Source: Octopus bimaculoides | Taxonomy: Eukaryota | Assembly: GCF_001194135.2 (NCBI RefSeq) | Contig: NC_068988.1 | Location: 18,353,381-18,411,909 of the forward strand | Length of the DNA: 58,529 nucleotides | Direction of reading: 5' to 3' | In this document: positions 12,903-23,499 of the stretch, in pieces | How positions within the stretch are numbered: position 1 is the first letter of the stretch | How the letters are laid out: each line of letters starts with the position of its first letter | Made by a program: the position numbers and the translations under genes | Notes under the pieces: generated by a model | Database searches by the model: none | What the model saw: the letters and a program-made list of their open reading frames with translations, nothing else | What the model was told of the DNA's origin: nothing

Positions 12903-13273
12903 ATCATCATCATCATCATCATCATCATCTTTTAACGTCTGCCTTCCATGCTAGCATGGGTTGGACGATTTGACTGAGGACTGGTGAAACCGGATGGCAA
13001 CACCAGGCTTCAATCTAATTTGGCAGAGTTTCTACAGCTGGATGCCCTTCCTAACGCCAACCACTCAGAGAGTGTAGTGGGTGCTTTTACGTGTCACCCG
13101 CACGAAAACGGCCACGCTCGAAATGGTGTCTTTTATGTGCCACCCGCACAAGAGCCAGTCCAGGGGCACCGGCAACGATCTCGCTCGAAAAACCTCATGT
13201 GTCACTCGCACAAGAGCCAGTCCATGGGCACTGGCAACGATCTCGCACGAAAGATATCATGTGTCGCCCGCAC
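12903..13273 (-). mobile_element. Family D element: RTE-type 3' tail with (ATG)n end and internal 62-bp tandem repeats; runs into a gap
   Basis: Tail ...CCATGCTAGCATGGAAGGCAGACGTTAAA(..)(GAT)n. Repeat units start at 13137, 13199 and 13261. Confidence 0.85.
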
Positions 13274-13734
13274 NNNNNNNNNNNNNNNNNNNNNNNNNNN
13301 NNNNNNNNNNNNNNNNNNNNNNNNNNNNNNNNNNNNNNNNNNNNNNNNNNNNNNNNNNNNNNNNNNNNNNNNNNNNNNNNNNNNNNNNNNNNNNNNNNNN
13401 NNNNNNNNNNNNNNNNNNNNNNNNNNNNNNNNNNNNNNNNNNNNNNNNNNNNNNNNNNNNNNNNNNNNNNNNNNNNNNNNNNNNNNNNNNNNNNNNNNNN
13501 NNNNNNNNNNNNNNNNNNNNNNNNNNNNNNNNNNNNNNNNNNNNNNNNNNNNNNNNNNNNNNNNNNNNNNNNNNNNNNNNNNNNNNNNNNNNNNNNNNNN
13601 NNNNNNNNNNNNNNNNNNNNNNNNNNNNNNNNNNNNNNNNNNNNNNNNNNNNNNNNNNNNNNNNNNNNNNNNNNNNNNNNNNNNNNNNNNNNNNNNNNNN
13701 NNNNNNCATTTATAAGGAAAAAGATATAGATATA

Positions 13735-13771
13735 GTCTTACAGCTGTTATGTATATCCCTTCATCAGAGAT
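13735..13771 (-). ncRNA. Hammerhead remnant: intact CUGAUGA, stem II/GAAA deleted
   Basis: Minus strand reads AUCU-CUGAUGA-AGGGAUAUAC-AUAA-CAGCUGUA-AGAC, with about 11 nt missing relative to the copy at 14922-14969. Confidence 0.5.
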
Positions 13772-14921
13772 GATGTGAGATGGTTAAATAGAGGTAAATA
13801 TTTGAGTTCGAAATAAGGAATTATTATGGAAAGGGAATATAGAAGGAAATAAGAGAATAAAAGTAGAAATAAAAATATAAAATATATAAAGATATTGTAG
13901 TTGCAGTTCCATTATTCGAGGAAAGTGATGTATAGAAGTGGTAAAAAAGTTTCCTGTACATGGTATGTAAGTTCCAATAGTAGTTCGTGTTTTGTCATTT
14001 CAAAGTATGGAGCCGTGGATTGTGTGTTGCTCATTCAAAAGGATCTTGTGGTGTGAATGAAAATTTGAGTATGTATTGGTAGTATTTGTGGAGAGAAGCT
14101 TAGAAGGAGGAGATAGGTCAAGATGAAAACAGGAAGAGAGAATGAGCGGAAGAAAGAGAGAAAAAAAGAGAGAAAAGTGAAAAGAGTGAAAAATATGAAG
14201 AGAGAGTGAAAGCTTCTATATTCATTAAAGGTCTATTCATAGAAATTTGACATTCTTGTATTCTTCCCTTCACTTTAAAATTTACAACTAAAATTACAAC
14301 TCATTTTGGTAACACTCATCCATACCTTTACTCTACCCATCCCTTAATACAGCTCTGTCATATCACTCCTACTCACACATCTCACACTTATTCACATCTC
14401 ATCCTTCCTATCCCTCCCCCACTCCTCTCCCATCCTACTCTCACATTATCTTGACCACCAACTAATACTCCTTTTCTCACTTCTTCCACCCTTTCTTCAC
14501 TTTTTACTCTTTTCACTTTTTTCTCTCTTTCTTCCGCTCATTTTCTCTTCCTGTTTTCATCTTGACCTATCTCCTCTTTCTAAGCTCCTCTCCACAAATA
14601 CTACCAATACATTCTCAAATTTTCATTCACATCACAAGATCCTTTTGAATGAGCAACACACAATCCACGGCTCCATACTTTGAAATGACTAAACATGACC
14701 TATTATTGGAACTTACATACCATTACAGGAAACTTTTTCACCACTTTTATACACCACTTTCCTCGAATAATGGAACTGAAACTACAATATCTTTATATAT
14801 TTTATATTTTTATTTCTACTTTTATTCTCTTAATTCCTTCTATATCCCCTATCTCCTCCTTTTCCATAATAATTCCTGATTTCAAAGTCAAATATTTCCC
14901 TCTATTTAACCATCTCACATC

Positions 14922-14969
14922 GTCTCTAATGAAGGGATATCTACAATATCCCAGAAACAGCTGTAAGAC
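14922..14969 (+). ncRNA. Minimal type-I hammerhead motif with G5A substitution
   Basis: GUCU-CUAAUGA-A-GGGAUAU(CUACA)AUAUCCC-A-GAAA-C-AGCU-GUA-AGAC. Stem I is 4 bp, stem II 7 bp, and helix III is the palindrome ACAGCUGU. The putative site is GUA after 14965. Confidence 0.65.
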
Positions 14970-15196
14970 TATATCTATATCTTTTTCCTTATAAATATCC
15001 TGAAAACGACTCACTGCTTTGGCTTTGTTATCTCATGTTGTCTAATATATATATATATGCATGCTAATACAAGACCTACATTAGACTCCTCACTCATATC
15101 ACTATCGAACCAAGAGTTTAACTACGGTCTGTCCATAGTACTTACTTAGCATTATCTACCAGTCTTTGAGTCTTCTAGATACCAATACCTCTCATA

Positions 15197-15397
15197 TCAT
15201 CATCATCATCATCATCATCATCGTTTAACGTCCGCTTTCCATGCTAGCATGGGTTGGACGATTTGACTGAGGACTGGTGAAACCGGATGGCAACACCAGG
15301 CTCCAGTCTGATTTGGCAGAGTTTCTACAGCTGGATGCCCTTCCTAACGCCAACCACTCAGAGAGTGTAGTGGGTGCTTTTACGTGTCACCCGCACG
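15197..15397 (-). mobile_element. Family D element, 5'-truncated copy
   Basis: Essentially identical to 44885-45088. The ORF track gives the same peptide for both. Confidence 0.9.
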
Positions 15398-15959
15398 ATA
15401 TATATATATATTTATATACACACACACACATACAAGATATGTGTATGTGTATCTGTGTGTATGTGTGTGTGTACATTGATGAATAAAGAACAGAATCAAC
15501 AGTGCATCAGACAAAATATTTGGCTATGTTACTTTACATGCTGAACTCAAATTGACTTTGCTTTTTACTCATCTGAAATGAATACAATATATACCAGATA
15601 AATTACTGGGATTGATATAATCAGCTAAACCCTTAAGGGTATTTTCCAGGCTAGCTACTGTTCAGTTGATTGACTGAAGGATTAATCAAATAATCAATTA
15701 GTTAATTGTCAAAATGGTTAACTAATTGACTAATTATAATAAAAGAAGTGTGTGTGTTTATTATTGCTATAATGACCCTCCCAAGATACAACAAAATCTA
15801 TTTCAATGTACAAATTCCCACCAATAATCTTGCAAACCAAATGCAAACACAAAACGTAAATTCTAGTTTTTCTAAAAACTTTTAACTGAGAAAGCTTCTA
15901 TGTTCATTAAAATGTAATCAATTGCTTGTTTATATATATTGTAATTAATAAATATGTTG

Positions 15960-16400
15960 TCAACAGGCTGATCTTTTTCATATTGTGTGTGGAGAGCCTT
16001 ATCCTTTATGGAATCGAAAGCTGAACCATGAAGAAGGAACTTCAAAATTGCCTTGATGGTATAAATGCTAAGTTTCTAATGAAAGCTCAAAATGTGTCCT
16101 GATGTGAGCACAGACCTAAGAGGAGATCTATGGACATATTCCTTTCATTCTTGCAATTACTAAATGTGTTGTGCACCAAGGCTGTATCAGATGTTGTATT
16201 TCAGTAACTAGCAAACCTTAATAGAGGACAAAGACCATTCAGCTAAATTGATATTATGGACAATGGACAAAGACACACAACATGAAACTAAGAGTCTACC
16301 AAAGTTAATAGGCAGTGGACAGAGACACACAGCATGAAATTAAGGGCCTATCAGAGTTAATAGGGAATGGGCAGAGATGTTATTAGCAGAGGCATACAAA
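15960..16400 (+). mobile_element. RTE-X (RTEX)-like LINE ORF2 3' end, decayed
   Basis: Translation LIFFILCVESLILYGIES*TMKKELQNCLDGINAKFLMKAQNVS*...VSDVVFQ*LANLNRGQRPFS*IDIM matches the RTE-X C-terminus 'F.ACVESILLYGSETWTMKK....LDG.Y.RLLMRAQN.SW...GRRPLTY.D..ARDT'. Confidence 0.85.
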
Positions 16401-16530
16401 TTGAGGACCTGATGGTATTGAGTGGTTCCTGGCACATCAGTCATTACTGATGTATATATCATAAGTCCTCAGAAAATGATAATTCTAGTTATTAAGTTTC
16501 ACAAACTAGAGTTTAAACTTACATTGTAAG

Positions 16531-16986
16531 TAAAATGTTCACCACTTCAAAGTGTATGTTGAGTCAGCGCATTCAAATACTGTAATATTTATCAAGAGAA
16601 AAAATCACTCAAATGGTTTTTTGGTGCATAAAAGCACATCATAGCTATTACCAGTGGCAGACAATCACCACAACGTCTGCTACCAGGACTACGAGATCAC
16701 ATGATTTTGGCCTCTTTTGGCCTTGTCAATGATAGTTACCCTGGTGCTGGAAATAGCAGTAACTGTTGTGCTAACAATATACTTATAAATACAGGGTCAA
16801 ATCAGGTAAAAATCACTTGATCTGGTAGTCCTGGCAGCAGAAGGAGTGGTGATTGTTTTCCACTGATGATAGCTATGATGTGCCTTTGTGCACCAAAAAA
16901 CTATACAAGAGATTTTCTCTCTTGGTAAATGCTGCAGAATTTGTGTGTTCTAATGCAACATCCACTTTTAAGTGGTGAATATTTTA
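16531..16986. repeat. Fold-back element: ~178-bp imperfect inverted arms (16531-16708 and 16808-16986) with ~100-nt spacer
   Basis: For example, TTTTTTGGTGCATAAAAGCACATCATAGCTAT pairs with ATAGCTATGATGTGCCTTTGTGCACCAAAAAA. I counted about 13 mismatches in the inner 92 bp; the outer part is more diverged. Confidence 0.85.
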
Positions 16987-17022
16987 GCTCTTTACATTAA
17001 TACTGCTTTTGTCAAAGGTGGA

Positions 17023-17445
17023 GAGCTGGCAGAAATGTTAGCATGCCAGGTGAAATGCTTAGCAGTATTTTGTCTGTCTTTATGTTCTGAGTTCAAATTC
17101 CGCTGAGGTCGACTTTACCTTTCATCCTTTCGGGGTCAATAAATTGAGTGCCAGTTGCGTACTGGAGTTGATCTAATTGACTGGCCCCCTCCCCAAAAAT
17201 GTCGGGCCTTGTGTATAGAGTAGAATAAGTTAAGGCGGCGAGCTGGCAGAAACATTAGCATGCCAGGCAAAATGCTTAGCAGCATTTCATCTGTCTTTAC
17301 ATTCTGAGTTCATTCCAACAAGATCAACTTTATCTTTCATCTCTTTGGGGTCGATAAATTAGGTACCAGTTGTATACTGGGGTCAATCTAATCGATTGGT
17401 CCCCTCCACCAAAATGTCGGTCCTTGTGCCTAGAGTAGAAAAGAA
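17023..17445 (+). mobile_element. Two family C SINEs head-to-tail (17023-~17225 and ~17232-17445)
   Basis: Both start with GAGCTGGCAGAAA..TTAGCATGCCAGG and end with ..CCTTGTG..TAGAGTAGAA. Confidence 0.9.
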
Positions 17446-18354
17446 TATTGCATCTGTCACTCACTTTATTTTTTATATTAGTATTTATACTATACATTCA
17501 ATCCCTTTGTAATCTTCTGAAACATATTGAAACTTCTGCTATGTATTTATGAGTCCAGTGGGTTTGTTATAAATTTGATAATGTAACTAGTTTTATAAAG
17601 GTTTTCATCAAGATACTCACTGTCATGTCTCTTGAATTAAGTAAGTCTGAATTATATTGGTTTTATACTGAAACTTACTTTGATGTCTTGGTATAAATGA
17701 TATAAAAAATCATAGCCAACACTCACAAGTGAATATGAGCAGAAAGCAAGAACTATGCTTTTATTTATTGTTTTAGGTGCCAATGTAGTCATAAGCAGAC
17801 ATAGATACCCTTTTAATCTTCTCATTCTTGACTCAATACATCATGGATATCACAGATGGAGGGAGAAAGGACTGCACAAGCACTAAGCTCGTATTCATTT
17901 TTCAACTGAGTACACTGTAGCAATGTGAAATTAATTGGCTTGCCCAATTACACAATAAGCTATCTAGTTCAGGAATTGAACCCACGACTTTATGATCATG
18001 CTCCCAACATGCTGACCACTAAGTCATGTAACATCGTTAAAAGATATTGATACAGAAATATAACATAAAATGTATGATTTGCAGATAATAAATCATAGTA
18101 ATAAATCAATAACAGTAAAATATTGTATTAATTGTTATTTGAAACATTAATTGTTATTTAGTGATTGATGAGATTATTTAGTGGTTAATAAATTTTAAAA
18201 TGACATTATGAAAATGATAAATTTGAAGACTTGAATTCACAATAATTTGTTATTTGTAAGAGTGTCAGGTTTTTGTTTCTTACTTGAATTGAAACATATC
18301 AAAAGACAAAAGCACATGAAAATGATATACACCTTTCCTATAGACAAAGAAATC

Positions 18355-18620
18355 ATCATCATCATCATCGTTGACGTCGTCACAGTCATCATCACTTTAA
18401 CATCACTTTTCCATGCTTACGTGGGTTGGATGGGTTTTATTTGAGGCAGGTTTCCTATGGTCAGGGGCCCTTCTAGTCACCAACCTTCACCTGTTTCCAA
18501 GTAAGGTAACATTTCCTCATGGCCAGATATGTTCTTACAGGTTAGTGGAAATGAACAACACTGCTTGTATATCAGTGACAATCATTTTGCATCTAATGTG
18601 CAACATCAAGTAAAGGAAAC
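18355..18620 (-). mobile_element. Family D-related RTE-tail repeat, diverged subfamily
   Basis: (CAT)n followed by tttccatgcttacgtgggttgg...caaccttcacctgtttccaagtaaggtaa. Confidence 0.6.
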
Positions 18621-18864
18621 ACAAACATGAATATGCTTGCACACATACATACATATTTATATATGACAAACTTCTTTCAGTTCTCTTCTATCTAAATCCA
18701 CTCACAAGGCTTCAGTAGACAACTCAAGCCCAAGGTGCCATACATTGGAACTGAACCTAGATCCGTGTCGTTGAGAAGTAAACTTCTTACCACACAGTCA
18801 CGCTGGTACCTACGAATATGCTACAAAAATTTTAAGTAATTTCTGAATGAAAATCTTCAATCAT

Positions 18865-19250
18865 TGTTGTTGGCACTCCATCGCTTACGACGTCGAGGGT
18901 TCCAGTTGACCCAGTCAACGGAACAGCCTGCTCGTGAAATTAACGTGCAAGTGGCTGAGTACTCCACAGACACGTGCACCCTTAATGTAGTTCTCGGGGA
19001 TATTCAGCATGACACAGTGTGACAAGGCTGACCCTTTGAATTACAGGCCAACAGAAACAGGAAGTAAGAGTGAGAGAAAGTTGTGGTGAAAGAGTACAGC
19101 AGGGTTCGTCACCATCCCCTGCCGGAGCCTCATGGAGCTTTAGGTGTTTTCGCTCAATAAACACTCACAACGCCCGGTGTCTGAGAATCGAAACCGCGAT
19201 CCTATGACTGCGAGTCCGCTGCCCTAACCACTGGGCCATTGCGCCTCCAC
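18865..19250 (-). mobile_element. tRNA-derived SINE, family B, full length with 11-bp TSD
   Basis: The TSD TCTTCAATCAT is at 18854-18864 and 19251-19261. Homologous to 7770-8153. Confidence 0.92.
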
Positions 19251-20299
19251 TCTTCAATCATAAACTACGCAAAAATAACATACATAGTTATTTTATTATG
19301 GTTGGATGATTACATGGAAAATATAATAAATTTTCCTAAGCAAAAGTTAACAAAGAACAACTGAAGGAAACTAGTTTTAGTATTTAGTGTTGGACAAGAA
19401 ATAGTGAATATTCTAATAATGACCTCTTAGAAATAAAAGAGCAGGGTCATCAGTTTTAAGAAAATAGCAATAATTAAAAATCATTTTAATGAAAGTGAAG
19501 CTCTTTTTTTGAAGGATTCAAAAAAAAAAAAAAAGCTTTATTTAGAGGCAAGGAAAGATTTATAAAAGGAGATGGGTTGATGAATTATTATTACAATGTA
19601 ATGAAAATAAGATTGCAAACAGTAATAATGACTGTAAGATAAATGTTGGCGTTTGAACTTACTAATCTTGCAGAAGAATCTGATCAGAAGTATTAATGAG
19701 AAACTGCTGTGTATATATATAGAGTTCTTAATCAAAGACAGATTTTTGGATTAATAATGAATGAAGAGCTCACTTTTGATCTATAAACGATAATCCAAAT
19801 TGTCTATTCTTTCTTTAATTCAATCTTCATGATATATTAGTTTCTCAAATGAATCACCAGCAATTATCAAGGGAACCACATCATGCTCATTTGATGTGCT
19901 AGAGTTAACAGACAAACCTCCCTCAAATCACTGCTATTTTTGAAAAACAGGATACACTAAATAAAGTAGTCCAGACACATTATTCAAGAAAAACCTGCAG
20001 GATGCTAGTTTGGATAATGTTAATGATAATTTTATGCACTTGATGAGAAGTGATGTGTTATGTCTTAGTAGCCTGGCTCCAGAAATACAACACAATTTGA
20101 TCTAAGCAAAACCACTCCCAGAATTAAAAGAATATGTCAAATAACTGCTTAAATGCTAAAATAACCTTATAAATAGGTAATCTAGTCAATCTTATTTGGA
20201 TCATATCATCCATTACATTCTTGTTTAGCATTCAGGAAGTTCAACAGGGTAACATTCCATACAGAGCTATTCAAAATATGCAAAGATAAAAAAATTTTG

Positions 20300-20440
20300 A
20301 AAGAAAGGTTTCATTTGTTGTCCAAGTAGTTAGATATGTAGACATGTGTATACATGGATCATGCACATGTTAATGATATTGGATTGCATCTTATCATGGT
20401 AGATTCCTTTTCAGGGGTAATTCATTATCCTAATAGGGAG
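20300..20440 (+). mobile_element. Gypsy LTR-retrotransposon integrase remnant
   Basis: VYMDHAHVNDIGLHLIMVDSFSG resembles the integrase core 'VHMDHAY..GVGL.LILVDSFSGWPE' (first catalytic Asp region). Confidence 0.65.
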
Positions 20441-23419
20441 AACTCAACTAAAAAAAAAAAATTGATGAGTGCAATTGTCTTTCGGATTGTTGTGCTAAAA
20501 ATTTGGGACAGTACTCCTAAATTTCATAACAGTTATCTCCGTTTACTCCAGTAATCTTCATTACTCCAGATTATTGATTGCATTCATTGCAAAAATATCT
20601 GCCTATCATCTGTAATCAAAAAGAAACTACAGAATGAATGTTTCAAGCAATTAAAATAAAGTTAAATGTGTTCTCTGCCAGAGAGAAAAATTTGAGTCAT
20701 TTTGTCTCAATTCTGTTGTCATACTATTTCTTATGCGCAACAGCCTCCAAACTCATTTGCATTGATGTAGTGGCATTCATATCCTGAAAAGTGGCATGCA
20801 TATTCAGTGAAGTAGCATTTCTATCTTGGTGCGATATAAAAAAGATATGGTTCAACACAGGAAATTGCAAAATTTGAGATGCAAACTAGAAACAACGCTG
20901 CTTTCATAAGAAGGAACAGGAGAGGAACATTGGTTCATGCATACCAAAACTGAAATCATCATCATCGTCTTTCTTTAATTTTCATGATTCAGCAGAATTC
21001 AAGAAGCCTGAGGGCTGTATTGGCCTCCAGGGTCTGTGTTAGCAAGGTTTCTATTACTAAATGCCCGCCCTGATACCAACTACTTCACAAAATGTACTGG
21101 GTTCGTCTTTGTGGCACCAGCACTACAGGAGTCAGCAAACAACACACATGATAAGACCCCCTTCCCAGAGTGGGGTGCAGTACTGAGGAAAGTGACATTG
21201 TACCTGGTGAAGAGAAACTACAGTAGGAAAGAGGGATAAGAAAAGGTGTCTTGTAGAGGGGATATCTGGCTACAATTGCAATGTTTCCTTGCAAAAGAGT
21301 AACCACACTCTATTTTCCATTAAATAATCTTAATACATGGTAGGAAAAGAAGAAATTATGAGTCAAGGTTTCATGATTAACTAATGATGATGAGGCTGAT
21401 TGTAATTTAAACATCACTAAAGTAGCAGGTGCTTGTTAGAAAATAATAAAACCTAAAGGACTTCCCTAAATTAGTGAGACATGGACAAATATGCCTTACT
21501 AATGTATTCAGTGTCAATCAACCATTTGAGAAGATATTAATTACGACAGCCAATATTGATCATATTTTATGTGCAAGAAATTTAGTTGAAATAACCTGAT
21601 TAACCTCCAAATCATGTTCAAAATTCTATTTGAGATTTTGCTGATATTTGAAATGACAATTTCTCTTGTAATTTGCATATAAAAAAGACTATACTGTATA
21701 ATAAAAATAAAGAAGTTAATTTATGTTCAACTTTTGTTTTTTAAAATGGCAACCTTACTGAAGGTTTTTTTTTGTATCAGATAGAAGAGATTTATTTTTT
21801 TAAATGTTACATTCTGAAGCAAAAACAGTACATGTGCTATGATTTACAGGGTAGAAAAAGGACACAAGAAATCAATGCAGTGCCAGTCCTTCAACTATTT
21901 TTCATTAAATTTAGAGACATGGATTTTCATAACATTTTTAACAACATCTCATTGATAAACATAAATTCAATTTAGAGAATGAAATGAATCTGTTTTACTT
22001 ATTTCTAACCCTCTAAGATGTATTTACATAACTTAAATATATTACATAGGCCATCTCCTAAGCACGGTTATTTCAAAGAAGATAATCATTTTCTGTGGTT
22101 AAAATTTTTAATTTGAATGTTCCATATTATAGCCTAGTAAACTATTATGAACTAATTCATTTAATTAGTATATATATATATTGCTTAAAAAAAACAAAAT
22201 ATCACCAACTCACATTGTCATAATCTCTAAAATAAACTGGACTGATCACCTGGTCAATATTTCTGATCATAATAAACTCTCAAGTAATTTGTTATCTTCA
22301 TTTCTTTGTCCTTCTACCTGGCAGTATTTTATATTCAGATGTTTGTCTTGAGGCCAATCCTTTTAGCCACATTTTTTTTTTATATGCAGGGATACAATGT
22401 ACCTATTCTAAAAAGAAATATAGTTTGGCTTTATTCTAATAGCTTATTTAAATGCATTTGACTGTTGAAAAGTTTGTGATAATGAATACTGATAGATGCT
22501 GATAATTTTTTTTTAACATATCATTGACATTTTAAAGAAACAGAAATTGAATGTGTCGTGTTTTCCCAGACTATATCATCAAGTAATTTCATTGCATATT
22601 AGGAAGAAATAAACATTATATCTGAAGTGAGGATTTTAAATATATTCTTTTTATGTAGAAATAAACTATAGTTTTTGTAGTATCTTTACAACTCAACTCT
22701 GATTGTACAGACACTATGACCAAAGGCATTCCACCTGTGATCATACCATCTTTTCATGATTTAGGACTACCTGATCCAATATTTATTTTGTCTTTCAAGA
22801 CAGTAATATGTTATTTAAGGGAGATTTGGTTGCTATTTCTGCTTTGTCCAGCAATCCCATAAGTCACTTTCATTGACTCATTAAGTGAACTACTAACATA
22901 AACAGCAAACTTAATACACAAATCAAGAGACTTATTCTGATTGAGTAGTTAAGAAGTTTGCTTTTCAACTACACGGTTACAGGTCTGATGCTGGCAAGCC
23001 TCTTCTAGCAGAGACTCAAGTTGACAAAAGTGAAATTTGGTGCAGAAGCCTGTTGGCATGAGCATTCCTGGTTCTGGCTGGTAAATTTAATCTCTCACCC
23101 TTTTAACTCCATAGGGTGCAGTTGCCAAATTCCACTCAGCTCTATTTCAAGCATATGGGCTAGGTCTCAGACCAGAGGGTAATCTCCTCCCTCTCTCCCA
23201 TAAAATTCAGAAACATTGGAAAAGATTAAAAAGATTGAGAGAAAGTGATCATTAATGACTTATTCAAATTTCAACACATCCAGATTATAAATGATTTCTT
23301 AATCTAAATGGAAATATGTCTATGTATGGCACTGGTATGAAATACTAATGCTGTCATATAGTAAGAGAGAAATATCCATGGATACAGAATAAATATTTCC
23401 TACATACATACATACATAC

Positions 23420-23422
<3 letters not shown>

Positions 23423-23498
<76 letters not shown>
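23423..23498. repeat. (TA)n microsatellite
   Basis: Direct reading. Confidence 0.97.

Positions 23499-23499
<1 letters not shown>

Larger units (their letters stand above)
13707..15045. mobile_element. Penelope-like terminal repeat in inverted arrangement (arms ~13708-14205 and ~14485-14996)
   Basis: The two ~500-bp arms are reverse complements (high identity by eye). Each carries a hammerhead-like motif, and the element ends at a (TA)n tract. Confidence 0.75.

Noticed and set aside
13137-13273. Regularly spaced repeats superficially like a CRISPR array
   Set aside because: They are contiguous 62-bp tandem units without unique spacers, inside a eukaryotic retroposon.
15967-16056. Apparent terminal exon ADLFHIVCGEPYPLWNRKLNHEEGTSKLP* after a CAG acceptor
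   Set aside because: The adjacent frame is clearly RTE-X ORF2 (CVESLILYGIES*TMKKELQNCLDG), so the exon is a by-product of a LINE remnant.
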